Part shown: piece after piece, positions 1 through 15,726 of the stretch
Layout: each line of letters starts with the position of its first letter
Numbering within the stretch: position 1 is the first letter of the stretch
Assembly: GCF_009914755.1 (NCBI RefSeq)
Contig: NC_060932.1
Length of the DNA stretch: 64,000 bases
Origin: the human T2T-CHM13v2.0 reference genome, Homo sapiens
Reading direction: 5' to 3' (one strand)
The notes under the pieces: generated by a model
The model's input: only the letters and a program-made list of their open reading frames with translations
The model's database searches: none
Told to the model about the DNA's origin: nothing
Translations under genes and position numbers: made by a program

Positions 1-1364
<1,364 letters not shown>

Positions 1365-1543
1365 AGTATACTTTATATAATCTTTAGATTGCTTACAATA
1401 TCCAATGTAGATTCTATGTAAATAGTTGTTATACAATATTTTTAAATAAATATTACTTTTTATTGTTTTTATCCCCAAAATATTTTGATCTGTGGTTGGT
1501 TGAATCTGTGGATGCAGAACTCATTGCTATGGAAGGCTAACTG
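1365..1543 (+). mobile_element. MER2 (TcMar-Tigger) 3' half, interrupted by the L1PA
   Basis: atgtaaatagttgttatac...ttttgatctgtggttggttgaatctgtggatgcagaac...ggaaggctaactg followed by TA. Confidence 0.8.
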
Positions 1544-1545
1544 TA

Positions 1546-3048
1546 CTAAAGAGCGTTCTTCAGTTAGAAGGAAAATGGTCTCAGACAGAAAGCTAGAAGT
1601 GGAGAAAGGAATGAGGAAAGATGAAAAGGATAAATGTGTGGATAGATGGAAATTAGTGTTGGGTGTAAAACAAAATATCTTAGTGCGTTTTAAATATATG
1701 GTAAGAATTAAAAATACATGATAGTAGTGTATATGTTGGGACAGTATAAATGGTTTTAAGTTACATTGCCAGGAAGAAGTAAACATATCACATATGTTAG
1801 GGTTTGATGATTTGTAGATGCATATTATAATTGCTGAGTTTATTTTAAAATGTTAGTAGCATAATGTACACCTTCCAAGCTAATAGAGAAGAAAAATATA
1901 ATAAAAAGTATTTAATTAATTAAAAAAGACAAACAAGGAGAGAAAAATAAACATAAAAGAGTTGGAGGCAAATAGCAAGTAGTAAAACAGTAGATTTGAC
2001 CACGAATCTGTTAACACATTGAATGTAAATGGACTGTTATAATAAAAAATTGACAGATTGGATAAAAAACAGAATCCAACTGTATGCTATTTATGAGATG
2101 TGTCTAAAATCTCTTTTATAGATGGTTAAAGTATACGATATAGAAAGATTAAAAATAAAATGATATTAAAATATACTTTGCAAGCGTTAAGCAAAAGAAA
2201 TCTGGTGAAGCTATATTAATATCAGATAAAGTAGAATTTAAAGCAAAAATATCACTAGAGGTAAGGAAGGACATTTTAAGTTTTACTTCACCAGAATTTA
2301 TAATAAATGTATAATACCTCTAATTTTTATGCATAATAATATAGGCTAAAATATGTACAAGGCAAAATTTTACAGAACTGTAAGTAAAAACAAAAACAGA
2401 CAAGACAGATCTATGGTGTTAGAAATCATAATGATATTGACTGGGAGGCAGGGGCTAGAACTGTTTTATTTCTTGCTTTGAAGTGCTGGTTACATGGATG
2501 TATTAAATGTGAAAATTTAATGACCTTAACTTTTATGGTTTAGGTACCTTTCTGTCTGTATGTTATACTTTCATTAAAAGTTTATTTTAAAAATGGGCAG
2601 AATTTAAAGGTAAATACGAATTATAATGAGAAACGTTAACACATAGGCAAAACAAGATTATCAGTAGATCAAGCAGATAAAAAATTAGTAAAACTATAGA
2701 ATATATGAACAAGTAATTAATATGCTGGACTTTACCAGCATATACAGAGCACTTTACCCAATGACTGCAGAATATCTTTAATGTGCACACTAAACAACTG
2801 CAGAGTACATACATATTCTTTTCAAGGACACATGGAATACCAAAATCGACCATCTCCTATATTATAAGGCAGTTCTCAAAAAAATCAGAAGATTGAAATA
2901 TACAGACTGCATTCTCTGATCACCATGCTGGAAATCAATAATGAAAAAAATAAGAAGATTCTTATATATTTAGGAATCAATAAATCATCTTCTAAATAAT
3001 CCAAAGATTAAGGAAGAAATCACAAGGAAAATTAAAAAGTATTTTTAC
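1546..3048 (+). mobile_element. Ancient L1M fragment (ORF1 end / ORF2 endonuclease region) with a nested L1M 3'-end piece at about 2410-2590
   Basis: Degenerate EN motifs cattgaatgtaaatggact, gctatattaatatcagataaagtaga, ttctctgatcacc. Confidence 0.7.
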
Positions 3049-3049
3049 T

Positions 3050-3150
3050 TGGGAGTTTCTGGGTTGCTGAACACCTGGAGTTGCTGGGAGGTGTTACACC
3101 TGGAGAGGGCATGGGAGCTCTGCGTGCCCACACCCTCATACCTCACCCTT
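3050..3150. mobile_element. MER21-like LTR fragment
   Basis: gctgaacacctggagttgctgggagg...gagagggcatgggagctctgcgtgccc resembles MER21. Confidence 0.55.
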
Positions 3151-3153
3151 TAC

Positions 3154-3280
3154 ATTACAGTGCATATCTGATCCACTCTTTGGTTTTGTAGACCTATGAG
3201 TTAAGAATGGCTTTTACATGTTTAAATGATTTTAAAACATCAAAAGAATATGACTCATAAAAAATATGGAGTTCAAATTC
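3154..3280 (+). repeat. Duplicated ~120-bp MER58/Cheshire subterminal segment (second copy at 4054-4170)
   Basis: attacagtgcatatctgatcca...gacct(a/g)tga(g/a)ttaagaatggc...aaaaatatgga occurs twice, 900 bp apart. Confidence 0.85.
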
Positions 3281-3926
3281 TAATTCAAATGCCTTTTCAT
3301 ATGAATTGGAATTTTAATAAACTAGTAAATGTTTTAATAAACATTTTAATAAACTAGTAAATGTACCATGTAGGTAGTGTTGTGAAAATTAAGTGAAAAA
3401 ACCAATGAAGTTTGTAATACAGTCCATAACCATGGTATTTACAGTTGCTAAATATTTATTTTCTCTTATATCCTCTCTTTAACACTATCTCAGCAGACTT
3501 TGTACCTGAGGCTACATAATGACAAGAAAAATAATTAGTTAGAAATGACACTATGCAATATTAAATAATTATAGTCAATTTAGGCATGAATTATATGCAA
3601 TAAAGTAGAATAAAATGCAGATATAACTATTGTGTACTTCTAGTGTTAACTTCTAATTCTCCCTGATTAAGTTATGTCAAAATGCTGAGCCAGGCATAGC
3701 TGAAGGAAATAGCTTTGTTATGTTCCCAGTTAGATCATCTTCTTTCATTTTCTGGCTCTTCATTGTACACAAATATGATCTTCTTTTCCATTCAAACCTA
3801 CTTCCCACTTATTACACCATAGAATTGTGATTTAGTAGCTCTGAGATGTGGTCCCAGGAGGGAAGGAAAAAGTAGTTTCTGAATGTTCTGATTTCTCTAT
3901 TTCTCATTCCATTGGTTGGTTTTGGC

Positions 3927-6513
<2,587 letters not shown>

Positions 6514-7414
6514 ATTTAGGCCAGTAAAAAATACCAGTTGAGACTTATTTGAAATCTTTACATTGTATTGATTTTCTTCTTTGAATGAACAAGAGAAATT
6601 TATTTCTCTTTAGCTTGAAAATATCCAGTTTACTGTTGCCTCTTTCTGGCTAAAAGAATGTTTTTTTGCCTTTGAATATAAATTGTTATTTACGACTTTA
6701 GAATGTACTTATATATGGTTAATTTCAACAACTACCTTTATCATCAGCTCTGAATGTCAGAACTTTCTCTTTGTGAAATTTTATCCTAGTCATGTAAGCA
6801 TTAGCTGTAGCAGAGGTTATGCTAGCAGAAGTAGAGTAAGTTTGGAGGAGGAGTATAAATGCTTCCTCTTCTCTTGCTATGCAGCCTATCGATTGCCCTT
6901 AATTATTTCTACATAGTTTGGCAATGAGCTATACTGCTAGAAAAGCCTTCTCTCTACCTAGACTTTTGACTCTGGTATTAGAAACTACCAGGAACCTTGC
7001 TCAGAAATGTGATTATTCATTCCATAGGTGGCAGATCAGGCTCAAGTATATCTACAGGATTTTAATACTGTAATGTGTAGCCCCATTATTGAGTCGATTA
7101 TAGCTAGAAGAACTGATTTGAATGCCCGCAGAGCTTTGCCAGAATTCAACGTTAGCTTTTGGCTAGACTCCAGGAGCCAGTGGTGTACTTTGGCCATCTG
7201 TTCTGCTTCCTCACCTTCAGTTCTTCCCAAACTGTGGGGCAACAATTTGGTGCATTTTGATTAGTGATAGGTTTAGCAATGGGTGATGGCTTAGTCTTTC
7301 AGGTAGCTAAATGTGACAAGATAAGTAGAGCTCAACTTTAATAAGCTTCTGAATACTCTGAGATTCGAGTGATGAAGAGAATGTGAAATCACATAAGGAA
7401 CAAAGTTCAGAAGG

Positions 7415-7595
7415 AGCTAACATGTATAGAGCAGTAGGCATGGTGTGAGGTGCTTTATGTGTATCATTTTATTATAGCAAAAAATCCAGGGGGAAGTTGC
7501 TACCATGCTTATTTTATAGGTGGAACTCAGAGTTCAAGTAATTACAGTAGCAGGTAGTATGTTAAAAGCCAAGTCCATCTGTCTTCAATACTTGT
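7415..7595 (-). mobile_element. MIR SINE (degenerate)
   Basis: ggtgctttatgtgtatcattt...ttattttataggtggaactcagagttcaagtaa resembles the MIR core. Confidence 0.5.
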
Positions 7596-8026
7596 ATTCT
7601 TATGATATAGTTGACACAAGTAGAGACTATAGCAAAAGTAGAAGCAGCTAATAATAAAATAGTAGTTTGGGTCACCTCTGACTTTAGTGTCATCATATTG
7701 TGTTTTACTGGGGAGCCAATTATTTGGTTCAGACTTATTTTCTGGGAATGGAAACTGCAGAGATATTCTGATAACCTACTTTGGTTGTAGTAAGTTCTAG
7801 AAAGATGCTCTCTTGACTTTGTGTTAGCAGAAACAAACAAGGGCACTTTTGTGTGTATGGGACCAAATTAAAAATTTAAAGTTTATTTAAATACTTTTAT
7901 AAATGTGATTTATGGCAGAGAAGACTTTAAGACTCTCCATGGACCTAAGAACAAGCAGTAAGAAAGGAGAAGTATTAATGCAGAGTATAGAAACGGTGAA
8001 ATAATCTTAAGATGTACATTGGTCAC

Positions 8027-8453
8027 TGTATCAGTCCATTCTTGCATTGCTGTAAAGGAATACCTGAGACTAGGTAATTTATAAAGAAAAGCAGGTTAAT
8101 TTAATTAACCTCATGGTTCCTCAGGCTGTACAGGAAGCATGATGCTGACGTCTGCTCGGTTTCTGGGGAGACCTTTCAATCATGGTGGAAGGTGAGGGGG
8201 AAGCAGGCACATCTTGCATGGCCAGAGCAAGAGCAAGAGACACTGAAGGGGGAGGTGCTATACGCTTTTAAATAGCTAGATCTTGCAAAAACTCACTAAC
8301 CATCATGAGAACAGCACCAGGAAGTGGTGCTAAACTATTCATGAGAGCTCTGCCCCTATGATCCAATCACCTCCCACCAGGTCCCACCCTCCAACACTGG
8401 GGATCACAATTCGATGTGAGATTTAGGTTGGGACATAGATCCAAAACATATCA
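8027..8453 (-). mobile_element. MSTB (ERVL-MaLR) solo LTR
   Basis: tgtatcagtcc...aacatatca termini; perfect 5-bp TSD gtcac (8022-8026 / 8454-8458). Confidence 0.92.
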
Positions 8454-8589
8454 GTCACACTTTGAATAATGTCTATTTTTGGATTGTAAATTTAAAAATG
8501 ACAAGAACTATAACAAAGGAAAACTGCAACACTTGACAATAGGTTGTAAAACAAAAACCAAACTCACAACTGATAAATTAATTCTCTGA

Positions 8590-8820
8590 TCTATTCATTG
8601 AACTTTTAATTCACTATATGGCAGCATATTTGCCAGGCACTGGGGATACATAGATGAAGAAGACATGGTTTTTGTCCTAATCTCTATTAAGTCTCAGTTT
8701 CTCACCCATAAAATCATAATACTTAGCTCAACTTATTTTGCGTGTGTGTGAGGTTTAAATAAGAAAATACATTAAATTCATATAAAGCACTTGGCTACAT
8801 AGTTAGGAGCTCAACTAACA
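8590..8820. mobile_element. L2 and MIR fragments
   Basis: tgccaggcactggggataca (L2, minus strand); tctcagtttctcacccataaaat...aaagcacttggc (MIR). Confidence 0.5.
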
Positions 8821-9104
8821 CAATGGTAAAGGAGACAGAAATTAACAGTGATTATATTGTAATTGAGGTTTCTACAAATGCTATATGGTTAACGCCTGAG
8901 AGCAAATGGCATTGAATCCTGAAGAAACCTGAATGAAATTAGAAAAATGTGATTTTTGGAATTGAAAACTTAGAATAGTTCAAAATGTATCTCACTAAAC
9001 ACATACTTTATTCAGAGATATTGTTAAGGATATGACAGTTTTAGTAAGATCTAATGTATTTGTCAAAGAGTAGTTCTTCAATCCTTCTGTTCTACCAGGA
9101 CAGC

Positions 9105-9240
9105 AATTTGAGACCTTGAGATTTGGGTTCTAAGCCTGGTTTTTAAGCATCTGACCTTTAGCAAATTCATTTTTTTTTGCCTCAGCCTCCTTATATAAAA
9201 TGAGGATAATAGTACTTCCTTCATAGGGTAGTACTTACCA
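9105..9240 (+). mobile_element. MIR SINE
   Basis: gcctcagcctccttatataaaatgaggataatagtacttccttcataggg resembles the MIR core. Confidence 0.6.
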
Positions 9241-9924
9241 TGTCTGGCTTTACCAAGCCAGATCACTGGCTTTACCAAGTGATCAGTGAAGGGAAATTAT
9301 AATAATGGTTTTTAATAATGTAGTAATATTAAGTAGTCAGGTAGTATTCCCTGACTGCTGCTTGATTATAGTCTTTGCCATGGTCTTTTGCTTTAATCTT
9401 TCCAACTAAGGGGAAAATGGAAAGGTTAGTTTTCTATGGCATATTTTTTTTTTCTGCCAAATGAGAATGGGAGATGTTTACCAATATACAGTAATCCTGT
9501 GCCTCTCTGGAGGGCCATGTGATATATTTTGGTTACCTGCAAAAAAAGATAACTTTCTGAATTTTCTGGCCAACACAGTTAATTTCTGTTTTATTGACAA
9601 TATATGGAATATGTTTACTGTAGTATGAGATATTTAGGATAAACATTAGAAAGAATTTCCTGATATGATCCTAGAATTGATATAAAATCTCTCCTATGGT
9701 CTTTAAAATGGCATATATGTATACATATATGGCATAGTTAGGCTTTGACCTATTTGATAGAAACCAACAAAGACCCAATTAGATACAAAGCCCTGTTGCT
9801 TCTTCCTCTCTTTGTAATATTGCTTTTCTTTCTGTTTCTTCTGTTAATATTCTAATAACAATCTTATCTTATTCTGGAATTATTGCAATTATAACAGATT
9901 TCCTTATATTCACCTTTTATTCTT

Positions 9925-10585
9925 TTTTAAAAATTTTATTTTTCCGTAAGTTATTGGGATACAGGCGGTATTTGGTTACATGAGTAAGTTCTTTCCTGGA
10001 GATTTGTGAGAACCTGGTGCACCCATCACCTAAGCAGTATACACTGCACCATACTTGTTGTCTTTTATCCCTCGCCCCCCTCCACTCTTCCCCCCCAAGT
10101 CCCCAAAGTCCATTGTATCATTCTTTTTTTTGGAGATGGAGTCTCGCTCTGTTGCCCAGGCTGGACTACAGTGGCGCAATCTCAGCTCAGTGCAAGCTCC
10201 GCCTCCTGGGTTCACGCCATTCTCCTGCCTCAGCCTCCCAAGTAGCTGGGACTGCAGGCACCCACCACCACGCCTGGCTAATTTTTATATTTTTAGTAGA
10301 GACAGGGTTTCACCATGTTAGCCAGGGTGGTCTCAATCCCGTGATCCACCCGCCTTGGCCTCCCAAAGTGCTGGGATTACAGGCATGAGCCACCACGCCC
10401 AGCCTAGTCCATTGTATCATTCTTATGGCTTTGCGTCCTCATAGCTTAGCTCCCACATATCAGTGAGAACATACCATGTTTGGTTTTCCATTCCTGAGTT
10501 ACTTCACTTAGAATAATAGTTTCTAATCTCATCCTGGTCATTGCAAATGTGGTTAATTCATTCCTTCTTATGGCTGGGTAGTATT
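9925..10585 (-). mobile_element. L1PB 3' end interrupted by an Alu
   Basis: tttggttacatgagtaagttc...cccaagtccccaaagtccattgtatcattctt...agttacttcacttagaataat. Confidence 0.85.
10126..10404 (-). mobile_element. AluY-like element
   Basis: gcaagctccgcctcctgggttcacgccattctcc; 19-bp TSD agtccattgtatcattctt (10107-10125 / 10406-10424). Confidence 0.95.
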
Positions 10586-10648
10586 CACCTTTTATGCTTT
10601 GCATATTGTATCCAAGTTAATTTTTCATAAGTTATTTTTTAGAAAATT

Positions 10649-10816
10649 TAGCCAGGAGTAATGGCATGTGCCTTTAATCTCAGCTACTTGAGAGGCTGAG
10701 GCAGGAGGATCACTTGAGTACAGAAGTTTGGGGCTGTAGTGTGTGATGATTGTATCTGTGAATAGCCACTGCTCTCCAGCTTGAGCAACACAATGAGACT
10801 CTGCTGCTGAGAAAAA
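10649..10816 (+). mobile_element. FAM (fossil Alu monomer)
   Basis: Monomer containing the FAM-diagnostic ggctgtagtg...tgtgaatagccactgc segment. Confidence 0.75.
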
Positions 10817-10916
10817 GATGACATTATTCTTCTACTAAGAAATCTTTGATGGCTTCTCATTCATTTAGGGAAAAAAGTCCAAACACTTCTGACTGGCATT
10901 TAAAGGCCTCAAATAC

Positions 10917-13900
10917 ACCACCAAGATGGCAGAGTAGGAGATACCAGCCTTTATTTCACACACACAAAAACAAGTATAGACAGCTATCCATAAACTGAAA
11001 TAGGCCTGAGAGGGCTCAAGGGCCCAATAAAGTATACTGAAGCAACAAAGTGGAGCAGAAAACATGGAGAATATCCAAACAGAAATAATCACTGGTGAAT
11101 TGGCTTACCTGAGATGCCAGGAGATATCTAGGGGCAGGAAAGAAAGGAAGAGACTATCAGTATGAGCTATATTGTTGAAACCACCATCATCCCCAAGAGC
11201 CTGCTCCACAGAGCATACAGGCATTTTTTGCCACCAAGGCAACCAACAGTCATTCCCTCTGAGGGATCCCAGAGAGGGCTACACAGCTGTATATTCTTCT
11301 CCTGCCCAAGAAGCAGCCACTGTTAAGTTGCTTCAGAAAAGGAAATGTCCTCTCTTCCAACCCTGCCTGTGCCCTAACCCCTGAGCTGCAGTCACCCTGA
11401 GAGTGCTCACACTTCAGACTCAGGCTCTGTGGCTGCACTGTGCTTGCTCACATTCCAGACATTGGAGCCATTGCCATAGTGAGTTAATTTGCATACTGGG
11501 CCTTGGAGCCAAGCTCTTGCTGTGCATGCCAATGCTCCACGCACCAGCTCAGCCACCTAACAGAGCAAGAACCTGACCAAACCCTGGAGCCACAGTAACT
11601 CTGTGCACATCTGTGTTCCCGTTCTTGGCTCTTGGCTGCTTCACAAGCATCATGTACTATTTCCAATATGGCAGTGGGGTTGCCTGTGCCACAGACAACA
11701 GTACCATTTCTGCCCTGGATCTCAGAGCCATAGGTACTCCACACGTTTGTGCCTCAGGCCTCAGCTCCATGGGTACTTTACAGGTGCCACTCATCTGACA
11801 CTGTTGCCACCACCAACATGAGTGGGCTCATAAGCGAGACCCAACATGAAGAGGGACCCCTTTAGTCACAACTTCCTCGGTGGGAGAAAAAGAAATTGGG
11901 TGGACCTTAGCAGTCATCACCACTGAAGACTCCAGTCCTTGCCACCATTGTGGCCATCCACAATGTTGGCCGCTGAGGATCCTTGCAGTCTTCATCAACA
12001 CCGACCTCAGCTGCCAGAGCTGCACAGAGACAACATAGCGGCACCCTCACTGGTGCCAGAACATCTGTACTCCACTCATGTAAGCACCCTTGTACCCCCA
12101 CCATAGGGGAAAGTATTTCCACAGTAAAACTAGCTCATAAAGTCTTGAAGAGTTGGCTACTGCACCAGATGTGCAGCCATCAACATAAAATGACAAGAAA
12201 CATGAGAAAGTGAGGTATAACACCACCAAAAGAACATACTAATTTTCCACTAACTAATGCCAAATAAATGGAGCTATATAAGCCTGCCTGAGAAAGAATC
12301 CAAAGTAATTGTTTTAAGGAATCTCAGCAAATGTCAAGAAATACAGAGAAACCATTCAACAAGATCAAGAAAACAGCAAATGAACAAAAAACTTTTGAGT
12401 TGGAATTGTAAATAAACAAGCAAACAAACAAAAAAGAAAATCTGGAGGAGAAAAAACAATGACTGGAATGAAAAATGCAATAGGGAATGTCAGCAGCAGA
12501 GTTGATCAAGCAGAAGAAAGAATTGGTGAATTCAAAGACAAGTTACTTGAAAATATACAGTGAGAGGAATAAAAAAGAAACAAAAAAGAACAAAGAAAGC
12601 TTATGGGATTTATGGGACATCAAAAAGGCAGTTTTGAATTATAGGGATTTGAGGAGAAGAGAGAAAGGGGCAGAAAGTTTACTTAAAGAAATAATAGCAG
12701 AACAGTTTCCAAATTGGGGAAAATGTAAATATCCAATTACAGGAAGGTCAGGGAGTTCCAATCAGATTCAGTCCATAAACGACCACATCAAGGCATGATC
12801 AAACCATCAAAGACGCAGAGAGGATCCTGAAAGCAAGAGAAGAGAAACAAACCACACATAACGTAGTTACAGTAAGGCCAACAGCCTGCTTCTCAGCAGA
12901 AACCTTACAAGCCAGGAAAGAATGGGATGATGTATTCAAAGTGCTGAAGGAAGTATCTGTTAACCAATACTTTACCCACAAAGCTGTTCTTCAGAAATGA
13001 AGGAGAGGTAAATACTTTCCCATACAAACAAAAGCTGACAGAGATAATCACCACCAGACCTGTCTTACAAGAAATGCTGAGGAGAGTTCTTCCAGCTGAA
13101 AGAAAAAAAAGAAATGCTAAGGAGAGTTATTCAAACTGAAATAAGAAAAGAAATGCTTTCCAAGTGAAATGAGAAGGGTGCTAACTAGTAACATGAACAC
13201 ATATTAAAGTATAAAACTCACTGGTAAAAGTAAGTACACAGTCAGATTCAGAATACTCTAGTACTGTAATGGTGGTGTGTAAATCGCTTATAGCTTTAGT
13301 TATGAAGGTTAACTATTAAAAATAGTAATAGCTACAATAATTTGTTAAGGGATATACAATGCAAAAAGATATAAATTGTGACAACAAAAACATAAAATGT
13401 TGGGGAGGGGTGTAGTAAAACTATAGCTTTAAAAATGCAATCAAAGTTTAGTTGTTATTATGTTAAAATAGTCTGTTACAACTATAACATATTTTAGATA
13501 AGCCTCATGGTAACCACAAAATGAAAACCTATAGTAGATATATAAGGCTAACAAGTAAGGAATCAAAGCACACCACTACAGAAAATAATCTAATCACAAA
13601 GTAAGACGGCTGGAGAAGGAAAAAGGAACAAAAGATCCACAAAACAACCAAGAGCAAGGTTAGAGGGAAGGAAATAGTAAACTGACAAAACTTTAGCTAG
13701 ACTATGAAAAGAAGAGAAGACTCCATTAAATGAAATCAGGAATTAAAGAAAAGATATTCCAACTCAGACCACAGAAACACAAAAGATCATAAAAGTCTAC
13801 TATGAATAATTATACACCAAAAAACTGGATAAACTAGAAAAATACGATTAATTCTTTAACACATGTAATCTACCAGGACTGAATCATGAAGAAATAGAAA

Positions 13901-15726
13901 AGCTAAACAGATCAATAATGAATAAGAGGCTAGAATCAGTAATAATGTTTCCCATCAAAGCAAAGCCCAGAACCTGATGGTTTCACTGCTGAATTTTACT
14001 AAACATGTAAAGAAGAACTGATACCAATCTTTCTCAAACTTCTCAAAAATAAATGAAGAGGAGTGAATACTTCCAGACTTATTTTATAAAGCTGGCATTA
14101 TGCCAATATCAAAGCCAGACAAGGACACTAAGAAAGTAAGAATTTCTTAAAATTTTTAATTACAAAGAAAATAAATTCACAGGCCAATATTCTTGATGAG
14201 CATAGATGCAGAAATCCTCAATGAAATACTAGCAAACTGAATTCAACACCATATTAAATGGACCATCCACCATGATCAAGTGGGGTTCATCCTAGGATGC
14301 AAGGATAGTTCAACATACACAATTCTGTAAATGTGATATACCACATTAACAGAATGAAGGACAAAAATCATATGGTCATCTCAATAGATGCAGAAAAGCA
14401 TTTGAAAAAACTGAGCATCCATTCATGATAAATAAACTTCTAAAAAGTTAGGTAGAGAAAGAATGTACCTCAACACAATACAGGCGTTACATCACAAACT
14501 CACAACTAACATCATTCCCAATGGTGAAAGTTGAAAACTTTCCTGTAAGATCAGGAATAAGACAAGGATGCCTGCTCCTACCACTTCTATTCAATATAGT
14601 ACTGGAAGTTCTTGCCAGAGCAATTAGGCAAAAGAATGAAATAAAGGCACCCAAATTGGAAAGGAGGAAGTTAAATTGTCTGTATTTGCAAATAATATGA
14701 TCTTATATACAGAAAACCCTATAGACTCAGCCAAAGAACTGCTAAAACTAAGAAATGAATTCATTAAGGTTGCAGGATACAAAATCAACCTACACAAATC
14801 AGTAGCATTTTTGTGCAGTAAGAATGACGTACTGGAGAAAGAAATCAAGAAAATATCCTGTTTACAATAGCTACAAAAAATATCTAGGAATAAATGTAAC
14901 CAAGGAGGTGAAAGATAAGTACACGGAAAAGTATAAAACATTGATGAAAGAAATTGAAGATGACACAAATAAATGGATAGATATATCGTTAATGAATTAG
15001 AAGAATTAATATTGTTTAAATGTTCATACTACTCAAAACTATAGATTTAATGCAATCCCTATGAAAATTCCATGATATTTTTCACAGAAGCAGAAAAACA
15101 ATCCTAAAGATATTTATGGAACTGCAAAAGACCCTGAAGAGCAAAAGCAGATTTGAGCAAAAAGAACAAAGCTGGGGCATAACAATACCTGATTCTAAAA
15201 TCTCCAAAGCTATAGTACCAAAACAGCATGGTACTATAAACAGATATATAGACCAGTGGAACAGAATAGAGAGTCCAGAAATAAATTCAGGCATTTCTAG
15301 TCAATTGATCCTTGACAGAGATGCCAAGAATACACAATGGGCAAAGGGCAATCTCTTCAATAAATGGTGTTGGGGAAACAGTTACTCACATGTAGAAGAA
15401 TAAAATTAGACCCTGATGTCACACCATGTGCAAAAATTAACTCAAAATGGGTTAAATACTTAAATCTAAGATCTGAAACTCTTAGAGGACAACATAGCAG
15501 AAAAGCTGCATGACATTGGTCTGTGCAATGATTTTTTTAGATATGATCCCAACAGCAAAAGTAGACAAATGGAATTACATGAAACTAAAAAGCTTCTGTA
15601 CAGCAAAGGAAACAACAGAGTGAAGAGGCAACCTACAGAGAAGATATTTGCAGACCATACATCTGATAAGGGGTTAATATCCAGAATATATTAGGAAGTC
15701 AAACAACTCAATAGCAAGAAAACAAA
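10917..15726 (+). mobile_element. L1MA, 5' part (5'UTR, ORF1, ORF2 lacking most of the EN domain); outer layer of a nested stack
   Basis: ccaagatggc start; ORF1-like 12487-12798; RT peptide [14 protein letters not shown]; sequence resumes at about 26786. Confidence 0.88.

Noticed and set aside
9244-9285. 14-bp duplication ctggctttaccaag with a small inverted repeat
   Set aside because: Too short to interpret beyond a routine micro-rearrangement
9530-9552. Minus-strand poly(T)-gcag|gtaacc motif resembling a recursive splice site
   Set aside because: Single short motif, host gene strand unknown, and expected by chance in 64 kb
13069-13160. Repeated agaaatgct...gagagtt...ctgaa units
   Set aside because: Local slippage duplication at the end of L1MA ORF1; no functional implication
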